Under the pieces are notes generated by a model. That model did no database searches, was not told the origin of the DNA, and saw nothing but the letters and a program-made list of their open reading frames with translations. From IMG/VR virus record IMGVR_UViG_3300046643_000057, positions 1 to 56,389 of that record: a DNA stretch of 56,389 nt, one strand, 5' to 3'. This document shows, piece by piece, positions 16,599-25,171 of the stretch (within the stretch, counting starts at the first letter, position 1; every line of letters begins with the position of its first letter). The stretch is from a virus. The position numbers were made by a program, and so were the translations under genes.

Positions 16599-17012
16599 AT
16601 GCCCAAGATCACAATCTCCGTCGAATACGACAACACCGAAGACGCGATCCTCGGTCTCTCGGCCCTCCGTGGCGGCGACAACGTCGCGAAGCCCGTCACG
16701 AAGGAAACCACCAAGCCGGGAAAGTCTGTCGAGAAGACGGACAGCCCTGCGGCTACCAAGCCCGATGCGGCGAAACCGGGCGGTGCGCCCGAGGGCGGTA
16801 CTTCGACGGCCGCATCGTCCGGTGAAGGCGGCATCAGCTATGACACGGTGACGGCCAAGATCAAGGCCGCCGTCGAGACGCATCGCCCGCAGGTCATCGA
16901 GACCCTGACGGCCTTCGAAGCGAAGAGCGGCAAGGACCTGAAGCCGAAGGACTACGCTGCGTTCCTGCAGAAGCTCGAACAGGCCACCGCGCCCGCTGAA
17001 GACCTGGGCTAA
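16599..17012 (+). CDS. hypothetical protein with low-complexity centre
   Basis: ATG at 16599 within ORF 16566..17012. A terminator follows. Confidence 0.55.
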   Translation: MPKITISVEYDNTEDAILGLSALRGGDNVAKPVTKETTKPGKSVEKTDSPAATKPDAAKPGGAPEGGTSTAASSGEGGISYDTVTAKIKAAVETHRPQVIETLTAFEAKSGKDLKPKDYAAFLQKLEQATAPAEDLG

Positions 17013-17020
17013 GAGAAGCG

Positions 17021-17043
17021 CAACCCTCGCGAGAGGGTTGTTT
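17021..17043 (+). terminator. rho-independent terminator
   Basis: caaccctc-gcga-gagggttg followed by TTTG. Confidence 0.6.
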
Positions 17044-17138
17044 GAAGAGTGACCGGGAAGCACAGGCGTGCTGTCTCGCTGACACGGGGCAAGGTGGGGG
17101 TGTCAGCTCCCATTGAGCCCGGCCACTCTTCAAACAAC
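17037..17138 (+). promoter_or_regulatory. multi-stem structured element in the 5-prime region of gene 17159
   Basis: Long-range 18-nt arms at 17037-17054 and 17121-17138 (17/18 complementary) enclose hairpins at 17059-17072 and 17078-17107. The left arm shares bases with the terminator stem and T-tract. Confidence 0.5.
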
Positions 17139-17158
17139 ACGAACGGAAAGGAACAGGA

Positions 17159-17545
17159 ATGGCGATCACCAAGCGCATTGAGAGCTACATCACGTTTTTC
17201 TTTGCTGGCAGTTTCACGGCCGACACGTCAAAACGACTCGTGCTCTCCCTCGATCCGGCCGCGATCGAATGGCCTGAGAGCGCCTACGCGGCACGCTTCA
17301 GCCAGCGCGACACGATCGACCACGAAGGTGTTGTCTTCGTCGGCAAAGAAAAGGACGTGAGCAAGCTGCTCTACCGCGCCGGCAGCCGCGTCGACTCCCT
17401 GCAAGAGATCAAGGACCGCGAAGACCCGCACGATGGAATCCTGATCTCGAACATGGAAATCAATGGGTGGCCCGCAATGATCTACACGCACTTCGGCAAC
17501 TGGCCTCAACCATTCGACGCCGAGAAGATGGAGATTCTCAAGTGA
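17159..17545 (+). CDS. hypothetical protein (128 aa)
   Basis: GGAAAGGAACAGGA SD region precedes the ATG. High GC3. Confidence 0.65.
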   Translation: MAITKRIESYITFFFAGSFTADTSKRLVLSLDPAAIEWPESAYAARFSQRDTIDHEGVVFVGKEKDVSKLLYRAGSRVDSLQEIKDREDPHDGILISNMEINGWPAMIYTHFGNWPQPFDAEKMEILK

Positions 17546-17742
17546 ACGGCGAAATCCAACTCTGGCACGCCGGCAAAAACATCGCGGCATTCCCGCCCGA
17601 GTCTTTCATGCACTTGCCACGCATCGGTGAGCACGTCGGGTTCGCGGATCGCGAGGCGAAGGTCACCGCCATCGTGCACTACACCGGTCGCGAACAACTC
17701 AACAAGCCGCATATCCGGCTCTATGTGAAGGTAGTCAAGTGA
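17542..17742 (+). CDS. hypothetical protein (66 aa)
   Basis: GTG overlaps the upstream stop (GTGA). Its stop overlaps the next GTG. Confidence 0.5.
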   Translation: MNGEIQLWHAGKNIAAFPPESFMHLPRIGEHVGFADREAKVTAIVHYTGREQLNKPHIRLYVKVVK

Positions 17743-19133
17743 GCGGACAACACGCAAGACTCTCGCCCTCGGGCAGCAAAGGCTGGCTGATGTGCGCCGG
17801 CAAGATCGCGATGGAGCAGGCCTTCCCGAACCTCCCGAACGAAGCGAGCGATAACGGCACCGCGTGCCACATCGTCGCGGCCGAGTGCCTGACCACGCAG
17901 AGCCTCGAACCCTCCGATTGGCTCAACGAGAAGGTGCGCGTCTCCGATGACAACGAGCCGCCGCGCTTCGTGATCTTCGAAGAGCGTCTCGTGACCTTCA
18001 CGACGGAATACGTCGACACGATCAAAGCCCTCACGAAGGGCAACCCGACGTTTGCGGTCGAGCGCCGCGTCGAGTTTTCTGAGTACGTCGGAGTCGATGA
18101 CCAGTTCGGCACGATCGATGCCCACTGGCTCAATCAGATGATGGAGCACGAAGACGCTTTCGAGATCGTGATTTGCGATCTGAAGACGGGCTACCACTTC
18201 GTCGACACGAGCACCCCGCAACTGAAGTTCTACGCGCTCGGCGTGCTGCGTCTCTACGACCTGACGCACGATGTCAAGCAAATTCGCCTGATGATCTTCC
18301 AACCCACGCACGGCGGTATGCGCGAGGAGGTGATCTCGGTTGCAGAGCTTCTCGAATTCGCCAAGGTTGCGCACGTCGCAGCGCAGCGCGTTGAGCGCGC
18401 GACCGAGCTCTACCCCGTGCATTTCCTGCGTGGATCGAGCCACGAGCGCGCCGGGTGGGCCGCGACGTTCCTGCACCCCGAACCCAACGAGCAGGACTGC
18501 GCGTGGTGCCGTGCGATGGCGACGTGCCCGGCCGCCACCGCAGCGCTTGAGAACGAGGTCGGTACAGGCTTCGACGTGATCGACGAGAACGCGCCCGAGG
18601 TGCTCGCCGAGATCGAGATGAGCACCGACACGCAACTTGCGACGCACATGCGGATCACGGGCTTTCTAGAGGACTGGATCACCGCTGTGCGCGCCGAAGT
18701 CGAGCGCCGTCTCCTGCTCGAGAAGCCGATCAAGTGGGGCGACGGCGAGCACGACGGGTTTGGGCTCGAGCTCGGCCGCGAGGGTCCGCGCAAGTGGAAA
18801 GACCCTGACCACGTCGAGGAACTCCTGCGCAAGACGTACCGCCTCAAGATGGAGGTTGTCTACGACATGAAGCTGATCAGCCCGACGAGCGCCGAAAAGC
18901 TCGCCAAGGTCAAGAAGCCGAAGAAGGGTGACACCACGCCGGTCGACAAGCCCGTGCTCACGGCCAATCGGTGGGCCGACATGCAGAAGTTCATCGAGCG
19001 CAGTCCACCCAAGCCGAGCGTGAAGCTCCTGGCTGCCATCAAGGAACCCTACTCGCCGGTGCAACCCGACGAGACCGCCTTCGACGTGATCGAAGAACCC
19101 AAGGCGCCGAGTGACGGCGTCGAACTCTGGTAG
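17739..19133 (+). CDS. DUF2800-type PD-(D/E)XK (Cas4-like) nuclease
   Basis: Contains RLSPSGSKGWLMCAG, ICDLKTGYHF and QLKFYALGVL, plus C-terminal Cys residues (CAWCRAMATC). Confidence 0.8.
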   Translation: MSGQHARLSPSGSKGWLMCAGKIAMEQAFPNLPNEASDNGTACHIVAAECLTTQSLEPSDWLNEKVRVSDDNEPPRFVIFEERLVTFTTEYVDTIKALTKGNPTFAVERRVEFSEYVGVDDQFGTIDAHWLNQMMEHEDAFEIVICDLKTGYHFVDTSTPQLKFYALGVLRLYDLTHDVKQIRLMIFQPTHGGMREEVISVAELLEFAKVAHVAAQRVERATELYPVHFLRGSSHERAGWAATFLHPEPNEQDCAWCRAMATCPAATAALENEVGTGFDVIDENAPEVLAEIEMSTDTQLATHMRITGFLEDWITAVRAEVERRLLLEKPIKWGDGEHDGFGLELGREGPRKWKDPDHVEELLRKTYRLKMEVVYDMKLISPTSAEKLAKVKKPKKGDTTPVDKPVLTANRWADMQKFIERSPPKPSVKLLAAIKEPYSPVQPDETAFDVIEEPKAPSDGVELW

Positions 19134-19139
19134 ACCATC

Positions 19140-19499
19140 ATGGCGATGTGCAAATTCTGCGGTGCTGCCTTCGCGTGGGGGCAAGACGGCGATCGATGGG
19201 TGCCGCTCGTGCCGCTCGGCGACGAGGCCGAACTGCCGCGCGAATTTCAAGATCACCTCGGAAACTTCCGTGCATCGCATCGCCTTGTTTGCACGAATCG
19301 TGGGGGTGCCACGGTGAAGGTCGAAAGGCTTGCGAAGGCCGTCGCTGCGGCCGACATCCTGCCGAGTGTCAAACCGAAGGTCGAGAAGCCGGAAGACCCG
19401 ATCAGTTGCCCCACAACCGTCGGTGAACACATCCTCGATATTCTCAACAAGAAGGCGCAACGACGCCGTGAAAGGAAAGAACGTGCTCAAGAAAACTGA
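19140..19499 (+). CDS. hypothetical protein with N-terminal CxxC
   Basis: 119-aa ORF beginning MAMCKFCGAAFAWGQDGDRWVPLVPLG, with a basic C-terminus. Confidence 0.6.
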   Translation: MAMCKFCGAAFAWGQDGDRWVPLVPLGDEAELPREFQDHLGNFRASHRLVCTNRGGATVKVERLAKAVAAADILPSVKPKVEKPEDPISCPTTVGEHILDILNKKAQRRRERKERAQEN

Positions 19500-19787
19500 A
19501 TTGCTCTCGCAGTTTTCGTGTCTCAACAAGGCCGCACCCGATGAACCGATCTTCGTGCTGCGCGCGCGAATGATCCGCTCTACGCCGCCACGATCCGCCT
19601 TTGGGCGGCGATGGCTCAGGACATCCACGAGCCCGAGAAGGTCGAGGACGCATACCACGCGGCCGCACTCGGTGAGAAGTGGCGCGAAGAGCGAGCGTCA
19701 ACCGAAGGCAATCGCGCGCAGCCTCGCCACCCACTCGCTCAAGACTACAGCAAACCCCTCGACACGAAGAACTACCGCCCTTTCTGA
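19483..19787 (+). pseudogene. conserved small phage gene interrupted by an apparent 1-nt frameshift near 19567-19572
   Basis: Frame 1 (GTG 19483, SD AAGGAAAG) gives ...LNKAAPDEPIFVLRAR and then Arg-rich junk. Frame 0 from 19569 gives NDPLYAATIRLWAAMAQDIHEPEKVEDAYHAAALGEKWREE... and stops at 19785-19787. Confidence 0.5.
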
Positions 19788-19849
19788 ATTCGCAAGCCCG
19801 CGGATACCCCACGAGCAGATGCTCGGAATCAACCTGAAGGAAATGAAAA

Positions 19850-20488
19850 GTGGGAACTGAAAAGCAACCCGGCGTGATCACGCTCAAGTGCGTGCGCGCC
19901 TCGTTCTTGACGCTCGGCGAACCCGAACGATTCCAAAACAAGCCCGAAAACAAACCGCGCTGGTCGGCCACAGGCTTGCTCGCCTACGCCGACGCGCAGG
20001 TCAAGACGCTCGACGCGCTGATTGAAGAGGTCGCGGCGACGAAGTGGGAAAAGAAGTGGAAGTCGATCTTGGAGAACATCCTCGTCGACCCCAAGGCTTG
20101 CTTCAAGGTCGACGGCAAGAGGAAGGACTACAACGGCTACGAAGGCATGTGGGCGCTGACCGCTCACCGCGATTCGAAGAAGGGTCGCCCTATCGTGATC
20201 GACACGGACAAGAGCCCGATCTACCTCGGCAAGAATGCCGACGCGAGCAAGGGCGAGTCGAGCAACGATCTCTATTCGAGCAAGGCCGGCCGCATCTACA
20301 GCGGGTGCTACATCAACCTGCAAATCCAAATCTGGGCGCAGGACAACGCGCAGGGCAAGGCGATTCGCGCCGAGCTCCTCGGCGTGCAACGCTTCAAGGA
20401 TGGCGACGCCTTCAGCGGCGGCGCAGCACCGGACGAGAGCGCGTTCGAGGAGATCACCGAAGGCACGGACGCCGACGATCTGACCTGA
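19850..20488 (+). CDS. DUF2815-type ssDNA-binding-like protein
   Basis: GTG start with GAAGGAAA SD. N-terminal ITLKCVRASFLTLGEPERF and an acidic C-terminal tail EEITEGTDADDLT. Sits next to the DUF2800 nuclease as in related replication modules. Confidence 0.75.
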   Translation: MGTEKQPGVITLKCVRASFLTLGEPERFQNKPENKPRWSATGLLAYADAQVKTLDALIEEVAATKWEKKWKSILENILVDPKACFKVDGKRKDYNGYEGMWALTAHRDSKKGRPIVIDTDKSPIYLGKNADASKGESSNDLYSSKAGRIYSGCYINLQIQIWAQDNAQGKAIRAELLGVQRFKDGDAFSGGAAPDESAFEEITEGTDADDLT

Positions 20489-20494
20489 TAGGCG

Positions 20495-20519
20495 AGCCCT
20501 GCGAGAGCAGGGCTTTTTG
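20495..20519 (+). terminator. rho-independent terminator
   Basis: agccctgc-gaga-gcagggct followed by TTTTT. Confidence 0.75.
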
Positions 20520-20598
20520 ACGGGGGCACCGGGCGGCCGGTAACGGGTTCCGCAGAGCAGATTTTCTGCCGGTGTCCCCTTCAAAAAGCACGAAAGGA

Positions 20599-20982
20599 AT
20601 GGAAATGAGCCCCGACGCAGAACTGCGAATGAATGTCTATCAAGAAGGCCAGCGTGCTTTCAACGCGAAGACCTATTGCCCTTACACCGATTGGCGTGCC
20701 GGGACTTGGCTCAAAGGCTATACGGCTGCGAAGGTGCACAACGAAAAGGCTTTTCGCTTCGAAGAGACACCCGTACCCATCGAGCAGCAGAACACCATGC
20801 AACTCGCCGCCGCGGCGGGCATCTATCGGCCGTGGCTCGAGCCGACACTCGGGCAACTGGTCAGGTTCAGCGATCTCATCTTGGAAGACGCTGCGTTGCA
20901 GATCGAAGCAATGAAGCCGGTTCACCACTTCGATGTTGGCGATTACGCGGCCAAGATTCGGAGCCTGAAAAGTGGCACCTGA
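20599..20982 (+). CDS. protein with Rmf/CrpP-like N-terminal motif
   Basis: EGQRAFNAKTYCPYTDWRAGTWLKGYTAA resembles the G..A....CPY......W..G core of ribosome modulation factor-like proteins. The start is at 20599 or 20605. Confidence 0.55.
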   Translation: MEMSPDAELRMNVYQEGQRAFNAKTYCPYTDWRAGTWLKGYTAAKVHNEKAFRFEETPVPIEQQNTMQLAAAAGIYRPWLEPTLGQLVRFSDLILEDAALQIEAMKPVHHFDVGDYAAKIRSLKSGT

Positions 20983-20983
20983 A

Positions 20984-21370
20984 ATGACAACGATAAGCGA
21001 GGCCATGCAGATTCGCACTGAGGTGATCAACGGCCTGAAGACGAAACTAAAGCTCGTGAACCGCGCTCAAATGCGTGCCGTGTTGGAGATCATCTGCCGC
21101 GGTGTGAACTACGGCGGATGCTCGAAAGGCGACATGATCGAGAGCCTGCCGAAGATCGCGACGGGTCGCCCGTACATGACTGATTACGGTCCCGCTGTGA
21201 CCTTGGAAAAGCTCACCGATGTTGTGCTTGAGATCGCGGAAAACGTGCGGATCGCGCAAGAGAGGCCGACCGAGCAACCGCGCTTCACGCACGATGAGTA
21301 CGTAACGCAGATCGCTCTCGTGAAAGAGAGACTTGGTTGGGGCCTACCGGACAAAGATCGTGGTCGCTAA
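20984..21370 (+). CDS. hypothetical protein (128 aa)
   Basis: ATG at 20984 within ORF 20972..21370, just after the upstream stop. Confidence 0.6.
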   Translation: MTTISEAMQIRTEVINGLKTKLKLVNRAQMRAVLEIICRGVNYGGCSKGDMIESLPKIATGRPYMTDYGPAVTLEKLTDVVLEIAENVRIAQERPTEQPRFTHDEYVTQIALVKERLGWGLPDKDRGR

Positions 21371-23708
21371 GCTCTGGCTCGATCTCGAGACCTTCAGCCC
21401 GACGCCGATCAAACACGGCACGGCGCGCTACGCCGAAGAGGCCGAGATCATGCTCGTGTCGCATGCCGTCGACGACGGCCCTGTCGGCGTAACCGACTTC
21501 ACGAACGGCGAAGACCTGCCTTTCGAAGTACAGTGCGCCGCGGCCGATCCTGACTCCGTCGTCATTTTCCAGAACGGCACGAAATTCGACTGGACCGTGA
21601 TCGCGGCGCAGTGGCCGACGTTCGCCCGCCTCGTGCCTGTGGAGCGCCGCAGAGACACAATGGTGATGGCGTACTCACACAGCCTGCCGGGTGGCTTGGA
21701 AGCCCTGTGCGACGCGCTCGGTGTGGCGCAGGACAAGAGAAAGCTCAAGACCGGCCGCGACTTCATCCGGCTCTTTTGCATGCCGCCCCCAAAGAACGTG
21801 AAGCGCGAGCGCGCGACACGTCTCACGCACCCCGTCGAGTGGGCCGCCTTCAAGGACTACGCCGGTCAAGACATCGTCGCGATGCGCGAATGCTGGAAAC
21901 GCTGCCCCCACTGGAATTACCCTGACCTTGCGCCTAACGGCGAAGAGTGGATGAAGGGCATGCACGGCAAGGCCAAGCAGTTGATCCTCGAGGCGCTCGA
22001 CGCCAAGATCAACACCCGCGGCATCTGCATGGACTTGGAGCTCGCCGAGGCCGCGGTGCGCGTGAGCGAGATCGCCAAGAAAGGCCTCGCGGTTCAGACC
22101 AAGGCCATGACGGACGGCGACGTCGGCGCGGCCACGCAACGCGACGAAATGCTCAAGCACATTCTCGAGGCCTATGGCGTCGATCTGCCGGACATGCAGA
22201 AGGACACGATCGAACGCCGCATTGCCGACGAGAGCCTGCCGGAAGAGCTTCGCGAACTGCTGCGCGTGCGGCTCGAATCGACGACAACGAGCGTCGCGAA
22301 ATACACCACGCTCCTGCGCGCCGTCAACAGCGATGGGCGCCTGCGCGGCACGCAGCAATTCCGCGGCGCGGCGCGCACGGGCCGTGTCGGGCATCGGCTC
22401 TTTCAACCCGGCAACATGCCGCGGCCCGACATGCCGTGGAAGGAAATCTATTGGGCGATCGAGCTTCTGAAGCGCGACACGGTGCACCTCGTCTACGCCA
22501 ACATCATGCGGGTCTGCAGCAACGCGATCCGCGGCACGATCATCGCCGGCCCTGGCAAGAAACTCGTGGTCGCTGACTTGGCGAACATCGAGGGGCGGTT
22601 CGCCGCGTGGTTGGCCGGCGAGGAATGGAAGCTGCAAGCCTTCCGCGACTACGACACGTTCGAAGGTGTCGACGAAAAAGGCAAGCCCAAACGCAAGGGT
22701 CACGATCTCTACATCCTGGCCTACGCATCGAGTTTCAATGTCCCGCCCGAGAGCATCGACAAGAGCACGATCGAAGGCTACGCGATGCGCCAGATCGGCA
22801 AGGTGCAAGAGTTGATGTTTCAGTATGGCGGAGGTGTCGGTGCGTGGATCACCGGAGCCGCGACCTACGGCATCGACTTGAATGCGATGACCGAGCAGGT
22901 CTACGACACGGTACCGAAGTGGGCGATCGACGAGGCCTCGGGTTATCTTGAGTATCTCTACAAAGGGCCGCGCGAGCGCTACGAGGCCCGGCTTGAGAAG
23001 ATCGCCGAAGATGGCACGACACCCGATCCGGTCGACGCGGTCAAGGCTGCGGCTGCGATCTATGAGGCCGCCAAGCTCAAGTTGCGCTACGGCCTGACCG
23101 AGAAGGTCTTCATCACATGCGACGCGATCAAGCGTCTTTGGCGCAAGGCTCACCCCGAGATCAGCAGCTACTGGAAAGAGCTTGAGAACATGATCCGGGC
23201 TGCGATCGAGAACCCCGGCCAACGCTTCACCGCACGCAAGCTCGTCATCCAACGCGATGGTGCGTGGCTGCGCGTCCGGCTGCCGAGCGGCCGCGCGCTC
23301 TGCTACCCCTCACCGAAGTGGGATCACGTCATTCCGGCCGAGATCGATCTCGCCACGGGCAGGGTGCTCAGGCCTGCGAAGCGTTTCGACGGCTTCAGCT
23401 ACATGGGCATTCACCCGTATTCGCGTAAGTGGACGCGCATCGGCTCCTACGGCGGCAAGGTTTTCGAGAACGTGACGCAAGCCGGATCGTGCGATCAGTT
23501 GCTTGAGTGCGGGCCGTTGATCGAAGAGGCCGGGTTCGAACTCGTGCTGTCGGTGCATGACGAATGGGTCAGCGAAGCGGACGTGAGCCGCGACGACTTG
23601 GACGACGAGTTGCTCGGCTCGCTCATGTGCAGCAATCTCGGATGGAATGAAGGGTTGCCGCTCGCGGCTGCTGGGTACTCCGGATTCCGTTATAGAAAGG
23701 ATGACTGA
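21333..23708 (+). CDS. family A DNA polymerase with 3-prime-5-prime exonuclease domain
   Basis: Exo I LWLDLETFS. Pol motif A VVADLANIEGR, motif B RQIGKVQELMFQYGGG, motif C LSVHDEWVSE. The start is at 21333 or at GTG 21360. Confidence 0.9.
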   Translation: MVGAYRTKIVVAKLWLDLETFSPTPIKHGTARYAEEAEIMLVSHAVDDGPVGVTDFTNGEDLPFEVQCAAADPDSVVIFQNGTKFDWTVIAAQWPTFARLVPVERRRDTMVMAYSHSLPGGLEALCDALGVAQDKRKLKTGRDFIRLFCMPPPKNVKRERATRLTHPVEWAAFKDYAGQDIVAMRECWKRCPHWNYPDLAPNGEEWMKGMHGKAKQLILEALDAKINTRGICMDLELAEAAVRVSEIAKKGLAVQTKAMTDGDVGAATQRDEMLKHILEAYGVDLPDMQKDTIERRIADESLPEELRELLRVRLESTTTSVAKYTTLLRAVNSDGRLRGTQQFRGAARTGRVGHRLFQPGNMPRPDMPWKEIYWAIELLKRDTVHLVYANIMRVCSNAIRGTIIAGPGKKLVVADLANIEGRFAAWLAGEEWKLQAFRDYDTFEGVDEKGKPKRKGHDLYILAYASSFNVPPESIDKSTIEGYAMRQIGKVQELMFQYGGGVGAWITGAATYGIDLNAMTEQVYDTVPKWAIDEASGYLEYLYKGPRERYEARLEKIAEDGTTPDPVDAVKAAAAIYEAAKLKLRYGLTEKVFITCDAIKRLWRKAHPEISSYWKELENMIRAAIENPGQRFTARKLVIQRDGAWLRVRLPSGRALCYPSPKWDHVIPAEIDLATGRVLRPAKRFDGFSYMGIHPYSRKWTRIGSYGGKVFENVTQAGSCDQLLECGPLIEEAGFELVLSVHDEWVSEADVSRDDLDDELLGSLMCSNLGWNEGLPLAAAGYSGFRYRKDD

Positions 23709-23950
23709 TGGCTAACGACCGCTGCAAAGACGTGCAGTATATTTTCTCGACTCAACTCGGGAAAAACGTACCGAACAATCTTGAGCACAGCAAAATGGCG
23801 TTGCTCATGGACCTGCGTGATGAGTTGAAACTCAACAACGAGTTGCAATACCGCGTTCTCGCGGTGCTTGAGCGCCCCAACACCACGAAGATTCCGCACA
23901 TCCTCGCGCGCATCGACCGTCGGCTCGCCAAGAAAATGCCGTTGAAATGA
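23708..23950 (+). CDS. hypothetical protein (80 aa, low GC)
   Basis: ATG overlaps the polymerase stop. Local GC is about 48-50%. Confidence 0.55.
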   Translation: MANDRCKDVQYIFSTQLGKNVPNNLEHSKMALLMDLRDELKLNNELQYRVLAVLERPNTTKIPHILARIDRRLAKKMPLK

Positions 23951-24159
23951 GCATCTTCGAATACATCCCTGATCCGTGGGACTTGGAAGAGGACGAGCGA
24001 GAGCCGCGCAACGTGCCTCGTTGCAGGTCTTGCGGATCGACCGATGTGCGCTGGCGTCAGCAAACCGGCAAGTGGGTGCTCTTTAGCTTGCAGCCGGGTG
24101 TTGAGCACTCTTGCCCGGGCGTGACGGATGACTCGGGTTTCGACGTGGTGTCGGAATGA
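23947..24159 (+). CDS. small zinc-ribbon-like protein (70 aa)
   Basis: CRSCGS ... HSCPG Cys/His pairs. ATGA coupling on both sides. Confidence 0.55.
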   Translation: MSIFEYIPDPWDLEEDEREPRNVPRCRSCGSTDVRWRQQTGKWVLFSLQPGVEHSCPGVTDDSGFDVVSE

Positions 24160-24467
24160 GCACCGCGATTGAAATCCGCTTGAAGATGATCGCGGCTCGC
24201 GTACTCGAGTCGCCTGCACGCAAGCGATGGGAAGCGCACTTCGAAGAGATTCACCGGCGAGCGCTGATGATCATTTTGTGGCGCGTCTACTGTCTTGAGA
24301 TCGTAGATCAAGGACAGCGCCTGCTCACGATGCACGAGCACGACTTCGAATTCGTCGATGATTCTTTCAGCCACGAGTACGGAACTGAACAGATTTTCTA
24401 CTTCCAATGCGCGTGCGGTGAGACACGCGAATGCGAGCCGGGAGATTTTCACGAATTCGACGATTGA
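24156..24467 (+). CDS. hypothetical protein (103 aa)
   Basis: Coupled ORF with a C-terminal CACGETREC segment. Confidence 0.55.
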   Translation: MSTAIEIRLKMIAARVLESPARKRWEAHFEEIHRRALMIILWRVYCLEIVDQGQRLLTMHEHDFEFVDDSFSHEYGTEQIFYFQCACGETRECEPGDFHEFDD

Positions 24468-24493
24468 CTCTGTATCACTTGATACGTTAGGAT
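24464..24493 (+). promoter_or_regulatory. sigma70-like promoter with operator-like site O4 (CTGTATCACTTGATACGT at 24470-24487)
   Basis: TTGACT at 24464-24469, an 18-nt spacer filled by the palindrome, and TAGGAT at 24488-24493. The ATG at 24500 follows. Confidence 0.6.
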
Positions 24494-24499
24494 GACGAC

Positions 24500-25171
24500 A
24501 TGCTGATCGACACATGCTCATGGGATCACCCCGGCGCCGATGCCTACACAGGTTCGGCGACTGCCGCGATCTACGCGATGGCGCCCGACATTCCGGTCCG
24601 CGTCAAGCGCGTGTTCGCCGAGAGGGCCGAGCGTCACGAGGTCGACGACGTGGTCTACATCGACCGCGATTCGATCCGCGGCAAGTACGCCTACGAGCCC
24701 GAGATCAGTTTCATGGCGTTCGGCAGCAAGGGCCGAATCTGCGCCAACGTCACCCGCAACAAGTGGAGCCCCGACCATGTCGAATCGGCGATCGTCATCT
24801 GCGAGCAAGGGTGGTGCGTGGCCCGGCCCTCTGTTTGCAACAACTGGTCCCTCGTCACTCGACACGAGCCTGCCGGCCCTGCGGCCCCTCCGGTCGCTCT
24901 TCTCGCACCTCCTGAAGCCTTCGGCCCTCCTGCGTCCGAAGTCGGAGCACCCGGGCCTACCCCCTTGCTTCTGCGCGACGTGCCGCTCGAGGCGCAGCCG
25001 GGAGAAGGTGACGGACCATCCGCGCCTCTCGTGCGCGGACCTGTGTTTCTGTCCGGTCTGCCTGTTCTTGTCGAGCCCGTGACGCCGGTCCCTGAGCCCA
25101 CGGTGCTCTGGCTGATGATCGTGGGTCTCGTCGCAATCGCATGGAAAGTGGGCAAGCGCTATGACCGATGA
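24500..25171 (+). CDS. PEP-CTERM sorting-domain protein (MHFG-family-like)
   Basis: The C-terminus VPEPTVLWLMIVGLVAIAWKVGKRYDR has a PEP motif, a TM helix and a basic cluster. The N-terminal domain CSWDHPGADAYTG...ISFMAFGSKGRICANVTRNKW...CEQGWCVARPSVCNN resembles the MHFG family as I recall it. Confidence 0.75.
   Translation: MLIDTCSWDHPGADAYTGSATAAIYAMAPDIPVRVKRVFAERAERHEVDDVVYIDRDSIRGKYAYEPEISFMAFGSKGRICANVTRNKWSPDHVESAIVICEQGWCVARPSVCNNWSLVTRHEPAGPAAPPVALLAPPEAFGPPASEVGAPGPTPLLLRDVPLEAQPGEGDGPSAPLVRGPVFLSGLPVLVEPVTPVPEPTVLWLMIVGLVAIAWKVGKRYDR

Noticed and set aside
20520-20598. Imperfect inverted repeat ggggcaccgg / ccggtgtcccc after the 20495 terminator as a separate regulatory element
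   Set aside because: The arms are short and interrupted in a GC-rich context, so this could easily arise by chance. No associated promoter hexamers were recognised.
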